Shown here: piece after piece, positions 1 through 10,201 of the stretch
Layout of the letters: each line of letters begins with the position of its first letter
Position numbering within the stretch: position 1 is the stretch's first letter
IMG/VR virus record: IMGVR_UViG_3300030118_001869
Span: 1-64,000 of that record
Source of the DNA: a virus
Direction: 5' to 3' (one strand)
DNA length: 64,000 nt
Translations under genes and position numbers: made by a program
The notes under the pieces: model-generated
What the model saw: the letters and a program-made list of their open reading frames with translations, nothing else
Databases searched by the model: none
Told to the model about the DNA's origin: nothing

Positions 1-1
1 T

Positions 2-1243
2 ACAACAACAGTCAATCAAACAAACTTAGATGTATCAGATAATATCATAGGTTTAAATAGAGGTGCTTCATCTAATGCAAATGACTCAGGTTTAATTATA
101 GAAAGAGGAAGCACAGGAGACAATGCAGCATTCTTATGGGATGAGACAGCTGATAAGTTTATATTTGGTACAACTACAGCTACACCAGCAAGCACTGGTA
201 ATGTAAGTTTCACAGCAGCAGCTTTTGGTGGTAAAGGTCTATGGACTACAACATCAGCTGTAACACATTGGGGACCTGGAGTAGATGGAACTGCTTATGG
301 TACTCTAACTTGGGACACTGGTTATGCAGCAGTTCATGCCAATGGTTCAAATGTACTAAGACTAGGTAGTGGTAGTGATACAGATGCTGTTATAATTGAT
401 GGCAGTGACATGAGTGTTGCAGGTAGTGCAACTTTTGGAGGAGGAATAACTGCAAGTGGAAATACCGAAATTACTGGTGATACTTCATCACCACATACTG
501 ATAATGCTTTTGTTGTCAAGAGAGGTAGCAATGGTGATGTTGTTTTAAGAGTTCAGAATAGCGGTGAGGTTGTAGTACAAAATAATTATTTTTATGCTGC
601 TGGTTCAGGAGTGTCAATGTATGTACAAAACACAGCAGTATTTAGAGGTTCTATTATGAATGACAGTGCTGATGCTCCTGTAAGAATCAATGATACTTTA
701 AAGGTTGATGATGATGCAAATATTCATGGAAATCTTTATTTACATAATGTAGATACTAATACAAGCTCTGAAACATCAGCATTATTTGTAAACGGATCTA
801 CAAAGGAAGTTGAAAAAAGAGAACTTGGTACAGGTGCTTTTGCAGATGTTGATACTACATATAACTTTAACATGAGTACACAGTTATCTGCAAATACATG
901 GACAGATACAGGTATTGATAGTAGTGATATGGTAACAGGCACATATATAATGCAGGCTGAAGTTTCTGATTATAGTCTTGGTGGTGGACATTACAGTGAA
1001 TTTTATTCTGCTACAATGAGTTTTTATGGATCAGGTACAAACCAAACAGGTGATTCTGCTGCTGATGAGATTCCTATTCATAGAGCAGGTCATGCACCTA
1101 ATAATGGTGATATACAGTTTAGAACACTTAGAGGATCCTCTGCTAATTTAAAACTTCAAGTAAAACATAATTTAAGTTATAGTGCTGCACCAGATCAAAC
1201 TACAGGTAAAACATTTAAGTTTAAATTTAGAAAAATGATATAA
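2..1243 (+). CDS. Tail fibre protein, 5'-truncated (begins before the window)
   Basis: The reading frame of ORF 410..1243 appears open back to position 2 (TTTVNQTNLDVSDNIIGLNRG...DSGLIIERGSTGDNAAFLWDETADKF), a segment typical of aquatic phage fibres. The protein is Gly/Thr/Ser-rich and beta-strand-like. Confidence 0.75.
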   Translation, partial: TTTVNQTNLDVSDNIIGLNRGASSNANDSGLIIERGSTGDNAAFLWDETADKFIFGTTTATPASTGNVSFTAAAFGGKGLWTTTSAVTHWGPGVDGTAYGTLTWDTGYAAVHANGSNVLRLGSGSDTDAVIIDGSDMSVAGSATFGGGITASGNTEITGDTSSPHTDNAFVVKRGSNGDVVLRVQNSGEVVVQNNYFYAAGSGVSMYVQNTAVFRGSIMNDSADAPVRINDTLKVDDDANIHGNLYLHNVDTNTSSETSALFVNGSTKEVEKRELGTGAFADVDTTYNFNMSTQLSANTWTDTGIDSSDMVTGTYIMQAEVSDYSLGGGHYSEFYSATMSFYGSGTNQTGDSAADEIPIHRAGHAPNNGDIQFRTLRGSSANLKLQVKHNLSYSAAPDQTTGKTFKFKFRKMI

Positions 1244-1245
1244 TT

Positions 1246-4158
1246 ATGGCTATAAGATTTGATCAAATACAATTATCTGATGATGGAAATCATTTACGTC
1301 CTACCATAGACGGTGATAACGGATATCTAACTATTAGAACTACTGGTGGTAAATTACAAATTGGACCAGGCAATAGTACCTTTTCACATTTCTATACGGA
1401 TAGAGGTTCTTATTATTTTAATACTGCAACTGTTAATTTTGATGGTAATATACAAGGATATGGTGGTGATGAAACCATATCAAATTTTTATTCAATAACA
1501 ACAGGCATATTTTACGATAAAGATAATACTAACTATTTTGTAGATCCTAATAGTGTAAGTTATATGAATAGGTTACTACTAGAAAATGCTAGAATTAGTT
1601 CAAATGAGGAATGGCCTGTTGGACACTATACAGGTGGTAAAGAAATATGGTCACTTGATCCAACTTGGACAGATGACCAAATTCAACAATACTTTGGTAG
1701 TTCTAACGTGGAGTGGTTAGAAGATTCAAATGCTCCTGGTGGTTGGGCTATAAAAATTACTGGAGCTGTAAATGTTGGTGGATTATATGACTCTGGTTTT
1801 CCATATATACCAATAGAAGAAGATGCTATATACTATATGGAATGTTATATCAGAGGTTCTGATTCTTCCACACAAGTTAGACACTATATGGGTAGTCAAG
1901 ATTTTACGGAATCATTTGGAGCACCATCATCAGGATCAGGTAACCCAGGAAGTTTTGGATATTGGGTAATGTCTAACACAGCAACAAATGGTAGTAGTTA
2001 TGCAAAAGTTCATGGTATAATTAGAGGGCATCATGATAACACAACAGGACGTTTTGAGACAGGTGCAAAATATTGGACACCTCAAGCACTATTTAATTAT
2101 TCACATCAAGCTGGAACTAGAGCTTGTGTAATATCTGGATGGAAAGTAATTAAAATATCATCACAAGAATATTTTGCAGATGGAACTTCTTCTGTTCCAA
2201 GTATATCATTTGCAGAAGATAAAGATGTTGGTCTGTATAGACCAGGTAGTAATCAATTAGGTTTTGTTGTTGGCGGTGGTCAAAGATTGAGTATGAGTAC
2301 TACAAATGCATCTTTTTCTGTTAATGTAATGCCGTCAGCAGAAAATTCTTATAATATTGGTAGTTCATCTTTAAGATGGGAAGACTTATATGTAGATGAT
2401 GGGTATATTAGAGATGTCTATGTAGATAACTATGTACGTCACAATGGAGATCCAGATACTTATTTTGGGTTTAATGGACAAGATCAATGGAAATTACACT
2501 TAGGTGGTGGTGATAGACTTATAGTAACTACTAGTCAATTTGAAAGTAACTTAGGCATAAAAGCACCTGTTTATTATGATAATAATACAGCTTATTATGC
2601 AGATTTAGGTAGTAGTTCTATAGCATTAAATATAAATGGTATTATAGATCAAAACTTTGAACAATCTAACTTAAACACGGCATGGACAACACCAGGTAAT
2701 AGTTTTGCTGAAGGATTTATAGTTGGTAGATACCAATCAACTGCAAGTAATGTACCTAGTAATAATGATAATGCTAACTGGTTTATGAATATATATTCAC
2801 ATTCTACAGGAGGTACAGCATCATACGGTATACAGTTAGCTGGATCAAATGCAAATAGTGGAGAAAATGCTTTATCATTAAGAAACGTAAGTAATGGTAG
2901 CTTTGGGTCTTGGAGAAAAGTATATCACGAAGGACACAAACCAACTTATGCAGAGCTTGGTAGTATGGCTTATAGCAACCTTACAGGTACACCTACAATA
3001 CCTTCAAGTTCTTCTTTTGTGGATCTGTCATCAAATCAAACTGTAGGTGGAAATAAACTATTTACAGGAAATACTACTTTCCGTAAAGGTGCAAGTGATC
3101 AAAACAATACTTCTGATACAGGATCTATACCTAGTACAACTGGTGCAGAAATGCTTAGACTTGAAGGTGGATATACAAATGGTCAATATACACATGAAAT
3201 TGCTAAAATAGATAGAGGAGGTAACTTACCTTTATATATAAGAGAGTCAAAAAGTAGTGCAAATAGTTTTACAAACCTAGTAAGATTTGGTAACCATAGT
3301 AACTCTCAAAAAGAGTTTCAGGTATTTGGTGATGCCCAAGCAACTAGTTACTATTCAACCGGATCTATAACAGGAACAATCTTTTATGATACAGATAACA
3401 GTGGTAGATATGTAGATCCAGGTAGTACTGGTGACTCAACTTATCTTAGAGGTTATATAAGAAGTACTAAATACAAAAGATTTGCAAACACGTTTGATTC
3501 TGAACTTCCATCAGCAATGCCTATGATTGGTGGTAGTGATTCTTCAATAGGTAGAGGATATGCTACAGTTGGATTTGACACAAACGGTAGATTAGCAATT
3601 TATGAAAGAGTATATACTATCAAAATATCTGGTAGCGGTTGGTTAAATAGAAATACTAACCCAATACCTATATTCCCACCAAGCGGTAACCATTTTGTGG
3701 TTGTAGAAGATTTTGTTGTCTATATAGATTATGAAACAAGAACAGGAATTAGCACTAGTGGTATTGCTAGACTTAATGATACAAATGCATATACAGTTGG
3801 CTTTTATGAAAATGCACAATCTGGAAATAGTCCTGGTAGTGGGCAATTTTACACACTAGGTGTGATGCCTCAGCAGTTTGTTAGAAATGCTACAACAGAT
3901 CAAGGTTACTATAGAGATGTACCGGTTCATCAATCAAAATTACTACCTAATAGAGGATTATTTTTAAGAACAGCTAGAGATTGTACTAGTACAAGTAACG
4001 CTCCAGGTGGTACACATTACGTACAAATTAAATACAGAATTATAAATACTTCTTCAGAAATGGAAAGTGATGTTGATTATAATGTTAATTATGCAGGTAC
4101 AACCAGTAATAGAACAGCTCCTCTACATGATGTAGATGGTAGCTTTATATCTTATTAA
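1246..4158 (+). CDS. Mosaic tail fibre / receptor-binding protein (970 aa)
   Basis: Gly/Ser/Asn/Thr-rich, with three copies of an FYDxDNxxYxxDPxS-type fibre repeat and a 'FADGTSSVPSISF..D.D.GLYR' fibre motif. Lies in the fibre cluster. Confidence 0.75.
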   Translation: MAIRFDQIQLSDDGNHLRPTIDGDNGYLTIRTTGGKLQIGPGNSTFSHFYTDRGSYYFNTATVNFDGNIQGYGGDETISNFYSITTGIFYDKDNTNYFVDPNSVSYMNRLLLENARISSNEEWPVGHYTGGKEIWSLDPTWTDDQIQQYFGSSNVEWLEDSNAPGGWAIKITGAVNVGGLYDSGFPYIPIEEDAIYYMECYIRGSDSSTQVRHYMGSQDFTESFGAPSSGSGNPGSFGYWVMSNTATNGSSYAKVHGIIRGHHDNTTGRFETGAKYWTPQALFNYSHQAGTRACVISGWKVIKISSQEYFADGTSSVPSISFAEDKDVGLYRPGSNQLGFVVGGGQRLSMSTTNASFSVNVMPSAENSYNIGSSSLRWEDLYVDDGYIRDVYVDNYVRHNGDPDTYFGFNGQDQWKLHLGGGDRLIVTTSQFESNLGIKAPVYYDNNTAYYADLGSSSIALNINGIIDQNFEQSNLNTAWTTPGNSFAEGFIVGRYQSTASNVPSNNDNANWFMNIYSHSTGGTASYGIQLAGSNANSGENALSLRNVSNGSFGSWRKVYHEGHKPTYAELGSMAYSNLTGTPTIPSSSSFVDLSSNQTVGGNKLFTGNTTFRKGASDQNNTSDTGSIPSTTGAEMLRLEGGYTNGQYTHEIAKIDRGGNLPLYIRESKSSANSFTNLVRFGNHSNSQKEFQVFGDAQATSYYSTGSITGTIFYDTDNSGRYVDPGSTGDSTYLRGYIRSTKYKRFANTFDSELPSAMPMIGGSDSSIGRGYATVGFDTNGRLAIYERVYTIKISGSGWLNRNTNPIPIFPPSGNHFVVVEDFVVYIDYETRTGISTSGIARLNDTNAYTVGFYENAQSGNSPGSGQFYTLGVMPQQFVRNATTDQGYYRDVPVHQSKLLPNRGLFLRTARDCTSTSNAPGGTHYVQIKYRIINTSSEMESDVDYNVNYAGTTSNRTAPLHDVDGSFISY

Positions 4159-4178
4159 GTTTATTTTATAATTTATTT

Positions 4179-4191
4179 TTTGTATATTTAA
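4179..4191 (+). promoter_or_regulatory. Putative phage promoter motif TTTGTATATT
   Basis: Intergenic copy of a motif recurring at 4990, 9248, 19518, 51905 (+) and 48874-48886 (-). Starts 45 nt before the ATG at 4224. Confidence 0.5.
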
Positions 4192-4223
4192 TTATATATT
4201 AGTTAAACTTAAAAAAAAATATT

Positions 4224-4583
4224 ATGGCTATATCATATGAATGGAAGATCACGGCTTTGAAAAAAGCACCTTCACTAGACGGATTGTCAGATGTGATTAC
4301 ACACGTTAATTTTGAATACAAAGGCTCAGATGATTCTACTGATCCAGCAACAGAAGGAGTATTTTATGGTGCATGTCCTGTAGGACCAGCAGACAAAGAT
4401 AATTTTGTAGCTCTTGCTGACCTTAAAGAATCTGATGTTATTGAGTGGGCAAAAGCAAACCACCCTGTAGAACACATGCAAGATGTAATTCAAAAAGCAA
4501 TAGAAGAAAAATTGACACCTAAAAATGTTGAAGTAGAGGCTCTGCCTTGGGTAGAGGAAGAAGAAGAGTCCTCAGAAGAATAA
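4224..4583 (+). CDS. Fibre-associated small protein (possible fibre assembly chaperone)
   Basis: MAISYEWKITALKK...LSDVI.HV ... LPW pattern of small proteins commonly found after aquatic phage fibre genes. Acidic tail. Confidence 0.55.
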   Translation: MAISYEWKITALKKAPSLDGLSDVITHVNFEYKGSDDSTDPATEGVFYGACPVGPADKDNFVALADLKESDVIEWAKANHPVEHMQDVIQKAIEEKLTPKNVEVEALPWVEEEEESSEE

Positions 4584-4615
4584 TTTGTGAAATAAAAAAA
4601 TATCTAGTATATTTG
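4584..4615 (+). promoter_or_regulatory. Bacteroidota housekeeping-sigma type promoter (-33 TTTG / -7 TAnnTTTG)
   Basis: TTTG at 4584-4587, a 20-nt spacer, then TATATTTG at 4608-4615. Matches the established Bacteroidota consensus and lies about 20 nt before the ATG at 4635. Confidence 0.55.
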
Positions 4616-4634
4616 AAAAATTAAATTTAATATT

Positions 4635-4928
4635 ATGGCAGAAGAAAAACCAATTGTAGAAACTGTACCTGTAACTGAAGAAACTAAAAAAGTATCTGAG
4701 GCAGAATTAAAAGAGATTCAGACTTTGAATCAAACAATGCAACAGATAACTATGGCTATAGGACAAACTTTTATATCAAGCTATAGAATGCTCAAAGACT
4801 TTGAGGGTGAGCAAACCAAACTAAATGATCTATCTAAGAAATTAGAAGACATCTATGGTAAGGTTAACATCAATATCAATGATGGTACTGTTACCCCTAT
4901 AAAAGAAGAAGAGCAACCTAAAGATTAA
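4635..4928 (+). CDS. Small coiled-coil hypothetical protein
   Basis: 97 aa heptad-like helix followed by YGKVNININDGTV. Function not recognised. Confidence 0.6.
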   Translation: MAEEKPIVETVPVTEETKKVSEAELKEIQTLNQTMQQITMAIGQTFISSYRMLKDFEGEQTKLNDLSKKLEDIYGKVNININDGTVTPIKEEEQPKD

Positions 4929-4989
4929 GTATACATAGATATTTTAAAAAACTATAATAAATCAAATTGCTTGTTTGATTTAGCAAAGT

Positions 4990-5002
4990 TTTGTATATTA
5001 TA
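4990..5002 (+). promoter_or_regulatory. Putative phage promoter motif TTTGTATATTATA
   Basis: Exact 13-mer also at 19518-19530 (+) and 48874-48886 (-). Upstream of the ATG at 5043. Confidence 0.55.
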
Positions 5003-5042
5003 CATATACATGTGATATAGTATACTGAAAAAAAAGATATCT

Positions 5043-7283
5043 ATGATTCCAACTAGTTCAAGCTCAGATTCAAACGGATGTAATAATATATCCTCTAACT
5101 GCGTTATTTGGCAAGGTCCAGACATTTCTTGTATTAACTTATGTAATGGTGATACAGTAAGTGACGTAGTAGCAGCATTAGCAGAAAAATTATGTGAACT
5201 TACTGCAGGTATAAGCAATGAGCCTGATCTTACAGGATTTGATTTAAAATGTGCTTTACCTTCAGGAGCAACTCCAACTACATTAGTAGAAAACTTACAA
5301 GCTATTATAACATATATATGTAGTCTACCTACAGATACAGGTACTCCATATACAGAACCTAATATAAATTTATGTGACGCATTACAGTATTCAGATGCTA
5401 ATGGTAATGTAGTAACATCACTACCATTAAGTCAATATGCAGAATTAGTTGGTGGCAAAGTATGTAATATAATTGCTACTATTACTACTATTCAAACTCA
5501 ATTATCATCTATAGATAGTAGAGTAACAGTACTAGAAAGCTTTTTTCCATTACCAACAGCTACTGAAGTACAGATTATACCTAAGTGTGTAACATCTACA
5601 GTTGGTCAACTAACTGATTTATCTATTGTTGTAGCAGCACTAGAAACTGCTTTTTGTGATTTACAAACGGCAACAGGTACTCCTACTATCATAGGTAATG
5701 CTGTTTCACAACAGGCTATTACAAATAATAATAATTTACTTAGTCAACCATCTCAAACCTATTCTGCACAAACAGGGTGGAAACCATCACCTGTTAATAT
5801 GGCTAACTCTTTACAAAATGCATGGATAGTAATTAAAGATCTTTATGATGCTGTAGCAACAATACAAACAAATTGTTGTCCTGGGGCTTGTGAAGATTTG
5901 AATTTCCAATTTTCTATTACACAACAGCTAGGACCAAACGGTATAGCTACTGCTTTAGTTCTTGATTTTTCAGGATCTACAATACCAGCAGGATTTGCAG
6001 ATACAGGAGGTAGTACAGTAATAACAGTTAATGATCAAGATTCAACAACAAACCCAGTAACAACAAGCTCCAACATAACTAGTGATATACAAAATGGTGC
6101 TAATGTAACTATTAATGTGACAAGTTTAAGTGCAGCACAGACTCTAACAGTTAGTATTCCTTCATCCTTTACTAATGCTACTAGTGGTGCAGTTTGTGAG
6201 CAAGTTGTAACACAAACAAGTAAAGGCAGTTTGCCTTGTCCATCAGATACTGCAGCAAGTAGTATTACATCATCAGGCTTTACTGTATCATTTACTAATG
6301 GATTAGGTTCAAGTGCAAGCTATCAAATTAAATTATATGAGATAGTAGGTGGTGTAACTCAGACGGCTGTAGCAGCTGACTCAGGTAACATAACTAGTCC
6401 AGGATCAACTGTTTCACATGCTTTTACAGGACTTACTGCAAATCAAAATTATGCTATTAGAGTATTTGTAACATTCCAAGGTGAAACAAAAGAATGTACT
6501 GATGTAGTTGGAAAAACAGAAGATGCAGCTCCACCGTGTAATGAAGGTATAGATATTGCATTCTTATTTGACTATACAAGTAGTATGCAGAGTTTTATCA
6601 GTACAGCTCAAACTAGTGTAGCAGGTATTATTAGTGATATAAAAACAGCATCAGGACATCCTACATATACATATAGATTGGCTTTAGCAACATTTGATGA
6701 ATATGTAGGTACAGGAACTGGTAATACTGGTCAAGCTTCAAATTATTCTACTAACTCAGAATATACAGGCTTACCTGCTGCACAAAAAGAAATTAATGTT
6801 AATACTGTAGCTAACAGAACGCAATATTATACATGTTGGGAAGATTTTGCTGATAATAATGAAACAGAATTTACTACTCAATTAAACAAATTAGCAAGCA
6901 GTTCTGGAGTACCAATTGGTAGCGGAGCAAGTTTTCCAGAACCTGGTGGAGAACTATTAAGTAGAGTTATTAATACTGGTTTTTGTGGAAACTTTAGACC
7001 TAGTGTAGCTAAAATTATGGTTATTATAACAGATGATAAACCAGGAGGAGATGATGATACTGCTAATGTTACTGATATTAACTTCTTCAATCAACTATCT
7101 CAACAATGTCAAAATGCAGGTATTAAAGTAATTGTATTAGGTTCTGGTGTAGATAAAAGTATTTCTAATGGTGGAGTTAATGTATTCCCATACAGAGATC
7201 TAGCTACACAAACAGGTGGTGCATACAACAATACATTTAATGCAGCTAATATAACAGCTGCTATAACTAACGCATGTGGATAA
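5043..7283 (+). CDS. Cys-rich putative virion appendage protein with FN3-like and C-terminal vWA domains (746 aa)
   Basis: Cys-rich helical N-terminus; FN3-like segment (SSITSSGFTVSF...FTGLTANQNYAIRV); vWA with IDIAFLFDYTSS (MIDAS-like DxTxS) and KIMVIITDD. Confidence 0.7.
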   Translation: MIPTSSSSDSNGCNNISSNCVIWQGPDISCINLCNGDTVSDVVAALAEKLCELTAGISNEPDLTGFDLKCALPSGATPTTLVENLQAIITYICSLPTDTGTPYTEPNINLCDALQYSDANGNVVTSLPLSQYAELVGGKVCNIIATITTIQTQLSSIDSRVTVLESFFPLPTATEVQIIPKCVTSTVGQLTDLSIVVAALETAFCDLQTATGTPTIIGNAVSQQAITNNNNLLSQPSQTYSAQTGWKPSPVNMANSLQNAWIVIKDLYDAVATIQTNCCPGACEDLNFQFSITQQLGPNGIATALVLDFSGSTIPAGFADTGGSTVITVNDQDSTTNPVTTSSNITSDIQNGANVTINVTSLSAAQTLTVSIPSSFTNATSGAVCEQVVTQTSKGSLPCPSDTAASSITSSGFTVSFTNGLGSSASYQIKLYEIVGGVTQTAVAADSGNITSPGSTVSHAFTGLTANQNYAIRVFVTFQGETKECTDVVGKTEDAAPPCNEGIDIAFLFDYTSSMQSFISTAQTSVAGIISDIKTASGHPTYTYRLALATFDEYVGTGTGNTGQASNYSTNSEYTGLPAAQKEINVNTVANRTQYYTCWEDFADNNETEFTTQLNKLASSSGVPIGSGASFPEPGGELLSRVINTGFCGNFRPSVAKIMVIITDDKPGGDDDTANVTDINFFNQLSQQCQNAGIKVIVLGSGVDKSISNGGVNVFPYRDLATQTGGAYNNTFNAANITAAITNACG

Positions 7284-7300
7284 AATAAAAATTAAAAACT

Positions 7301-7867
7301 ATGGCAAACTGTTCAAATTGTAATGATAATGTAAATAGATGCGGATGCGGAGATAAGGCTAAGTCTAATCCTTGCACATACACAAACTGTAGTGTAGGTA
7401 ATGAAAGATGTCATGAAGTCCAAGATGCTGCATGTGTTACATACGGTGGTCACAGCTTTACTATAGGTGATACAAATGCATTACTTGCTGTTGATCAAGG
7501 AGAAAGACTTGATTCTATAATACAGAAGTTTGCTAATATGATTACTAATGGGTTAGGTGCTTGTAATAGTGATGATGTAAATCACAATCCATTTAATGTA
7601 TATTTATCAGGAATTACAAAAGACGAAGTCACAGTTGTATGGAATGGTATATCAAATACAAGTAGTGGTACTAATGTATACTTTGATACACAAAGCTCAT
7701 CATCAGGATGGACATTAGTAAATGCTAGTCCAATACCTCTTACAACATTTACACAAAAGATAACAGGACTAGCTGCAAATACAGCATACAAAGTAAAAGT
7801 TGAAACTTCTTCAGCACCTTCAGGATGTAAGGTTATGGAAGTTTTATTTAAGACTCTTGCTTCATAA
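7301..7867 (+). CDS. Cys-rich protein with C-terminal FN3-like domain
   Basis: N-terminal Cys cluster and a CVTYGG segment resembling CVIWQG of the preceding gene. FN3 signature (VTVVW...ITGLAANTAYKVKV). Confidence 0.65.
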   Translation: MANCSNCNDNVNRCGCGDKAKSNPCTYTNCSVGNERCHEVQDAACVTYGGHSFTIGDTNALLAVDQGERLDSIIQKFANMITNGLGACNSDDVNHNPFNVYLSGITKDEVTVVWNGISNTSSGTNVYFDTQSSSSGWTLVNASPIPLTTFTQKITGLAANTAYKVKVETSSAPSGCKVMEVLFKTLAS

Positions 7868-7913
7868 AAATACAACATTGTGATGGTTTGTTGGTTTTCT
7901 ATTACAAACGTTG

Positions 7914-7946
7914 GAGGGGCCGCATACAAGCGGCCTCTTTTGTTTT
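7914..7946 (+). terminator. Intrinsic terminator
   Basis: GC-rich stem (GGCCGC-ATACAA-GCGGCC, extendable) followed by TTTTGTTTT. Confidence 0.75.
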
Positions 7947-7985
7947 CTGAAATATTTTACATATATTTAACAAATTTAAAACAAC

Positions 7986-9212
7986 ATGTCTTACTTAAAA
8001 AATAAAATAAAAGAGACATTAAAATGGAAAAAGAATCCAAAATATGTCTCAGAGAAGTTAGGAATACCATTAAAAAAATACAAAGAACTCAAAAAAGAAA
8101 TACTTACTGAAAGAAAGAGAATAAAGAAGAAGGCAAAGTTTTTTGAAACAGCAGAAAAAAGCTCTCAACTTGTTGAGTCAATAGATTTAGAAAAAGGTGA
8201 GGGTAAAATATCAGGTACATTTAACTATGAACCTAAAACTCCAGAAGAGATTATTGAGCTACTGAAGATAGACACTAAGAAGTGGAAGCTGTCTCAGTAT
8301 TGGAATAAACAGATGGGTGATCACTGGAGGGTATCTGCTCTTGTAACCAAACTTAAAACACAAGAAGAAGATCTACTTGCAGATATTTTAAATAACTGGA
8401 AGCCAAAAAAATTCAAAGTTCCAAAGTCTAATCTACCTAAGTTAAAGAAAGATAAAGAAAAAGTTTGTGGCATCTTATCTTTACAAGATATACATTTTGG
8501 TAAAGAAGGTAATGAAACTATAGATAAAGACTTTGAAGATACTATGATAAATCTTTTATCTAGAGCAACTGCTAGTCACTACATAGAGAACTTATACTTT
8601 ATTGTTGGAGGAGATCTTTTGAATATGGATACGTTCTGGGGTCAGACTACTAAAGGAACGCACGTAGATAACTGTATAACAGCTACTAAGGCATATGAGC
8701 AAGCTTTTGATGCAATGCACTGGGCTATTAATTATTGTAAAGCTTTTTGTAAGACTCTTACTGTAGTTTATATTCCAGGTAATCATGATAGATTATCTTC
8801 ATTTCATTTAGCACATGCTTTAGGTAAATCTATTGAGTCAAAAGATATAGTGTGGGATCTAGACTATTTAGAAAGAAAAGTTCATGTATGGCATAACAAC
8901 TTTAATGCTTTTGAACATGGAGATAAATATTCTAAGAATACACCTTTGATCTATGCATCTGAATACCCAAGTGAATGGGGTGATACTAAAAACAGAACCT
9001 TATTTACAGGTCATTATCATCAGGAAAGGAAAGTAGAATATATAACAACTGCTGAGACAAGTGGGTTTGTACATAAGACATTACCAAGCCTTTGTAGATC
9101 AGATTATTGGCATTATTCTAAAAAGTTTACTGGCAACAGAAGATCCGGTAAAATAGAACTTCAGCATCCTGTTATGGGAAATATATGTGAATTAACTTAT
9201 CAAGCAATGTAA
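7986..9212 (+). CDS. Calcineurin-like metallophosphoesterase with basic N-terminal extension
   Basis: Ordered motifs DIHFG, GGDLLN, PGNHD, EHGD, TGHYH. Confidence 0.85.
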   Translation: MSYLKNKIKETLKWKKNPKYVSEKLGIPLKKYKELKKEILTERKRIKKKAKFFETAEKSSQLVESIDLEKGEGKISGTFNYEPKTPEEIIELLKIDTKKWKLSQYWNKQMGDHWRVSALVTKLKTQEEDLLADILNNWKPKKFKVPKSNLPKLKKDKEKVCGILSLQDIHFGKEGNETIDKDFEDTMINLLSRATASHYIENLYFIVGGDLLNMDTFWGQTTKGTHVDNCITATKAYEQAFDAMHWAINYCKAFCKTLTVVYIPGNHDRLSSFHLAHALGKSIESKDIVWDLDYLERKVHVWHNNFNAFEHGDKYSKNTPLIYASEYPSEWGDTKNRTLFTGHYHQERKVEYITTAETSGFVHKTLPSLCRSDYWHYSKKFTGNRRSGKIELQHPVMGNICELTYQAM

Positions 9213-9247
9213 AGAGCACCTCTGAAACTTTTTTTAGTGGTGTTTTT

Positions 9248-9260
9248 TTTGTAAATTATA
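9248..9260 (+). promoter_or_regulatory. Putative promoter motif variant TTTGTAAATTATA
   Basis: One mismatch to the 13-mer, starting 21 nt before the ATG at 9269 (same offset as 19518 to 19539). Confidence 0.45.
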
Positions 9261-9268
9261 ATTGTACT

Positions 9269-9814
9269 ATGATCAATAATTTTAAGAAACCTAATCTTAA
9301 AGGTCCTAGATATAGAGAAAAAAGATTAGGATTGTTAAATAAAAAGACTATATCAGAGTTTAAAGATAAAAAACCTTTATATTCTAGTATAGATGATTCA
9401 AAGTTCAAAAGAATAATTAAACTGTATAATAATAATCTGTGGAATGGAGTAATAGAAAATAGAGATGGTGTTGAACTTCCTGACTCACTTGGATTTTTAT
9501 TTATAGGAACTTGTCCAACATTGAAGACAGTAAATACAAATTATCAACTGTCAAGTCAATATGGTAAAGTCATCCAAAATAAAAACTGGGAGACAGATGG
9601 TAAGATTGCTAAAATATTCTATACAAACTATACAACAAAATACAGATTTAGAAACAGAGAATTATGGGGATTTGTAGCGTGTAGAGATTTTAAAAGAAGT
9701 GTAGCTCGTGAGTATCCAAAGAACTGGAACAAATATCCAGTGATGAAAAACAAATACAGAGTTGCTTTTCTATATAAAGAAGAACAAGGTACAGAAAACA
9801 AATTAGACGTATAA
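9269..9814 (+). CDS. IHF/HU-like basic DNA-binding protein (crAss-type)
   Basis: Basic protein with GVELPDSLGFLFI resembling the HU/IHF beta-hairpin signature. Its position just upstream of the tail genes matches the IHF-like genes of crAss-like phages. Confidence 0.55.
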   Translation: MINNFKKPNLKGPRYREKRLGLLNKKTISEFKDKKPLYSSIDDSKFKRIIKLYNNNLWNGVIENRDGVELPDSLGFLFIGTCPTLKTVNTNYQLSSQYGKVIQNKNWETDGKIAKIFYTNYTTKYRFRNRELWGFVACRDFKRSVAREYPKNWNKYPVMKNKYRVAFLYKEEQGTENKLDV

Positions 9815-9833
9815 CAATTATAATAAAACAATT

Positions 9834-10190
9834 ATGGCAACATTAAGCGCAAAATTAACTTTATCCAGTACTGATCTTACTTCTGATGCATTAAATATGA
9901 CAGTCTCAGATGCAATAACTATTAGCAAAGCTGTAGAATTAAAAAGAATTACATTAAGCACTACATCAGTTACTATTGTAGGAGCAGCTAGTTATACTAA
10001 AGCATTTGTATTTGTAAAAAATATGGACAGTGCTATTAGTATCAAATTAGTAAAAGATGAAGGAGGAGACGAATATATGGATTTAGGTCCAGGAGAGTTT
10101 GGATTTTTTCCTTGGTCAACTGCAGTAGATCTTAGAGCAGACGCAGCATCAGGCACACCAATATTAGAGGTGGGTATATTTGAAGTTTAA
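9834..10190 (+). CDS. Small beta-rich putative structural protein
   Basis: 118 aa, beta-strand pattern, located in the tail operon. Confidence 0.55.
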   Translation: MATLSAKLTLSSTDLTSDALNMTVSDAITISKAVELKRITLSTTSVTIVGAASYTKAFVFVKNMDSAISIKLVKDEGGDEYMDLGPGEFGFFPWSTAVDLRADAASGTPILEVGIFEV

Positions 10191-10201
10191 AAAATATTAT
10201 T

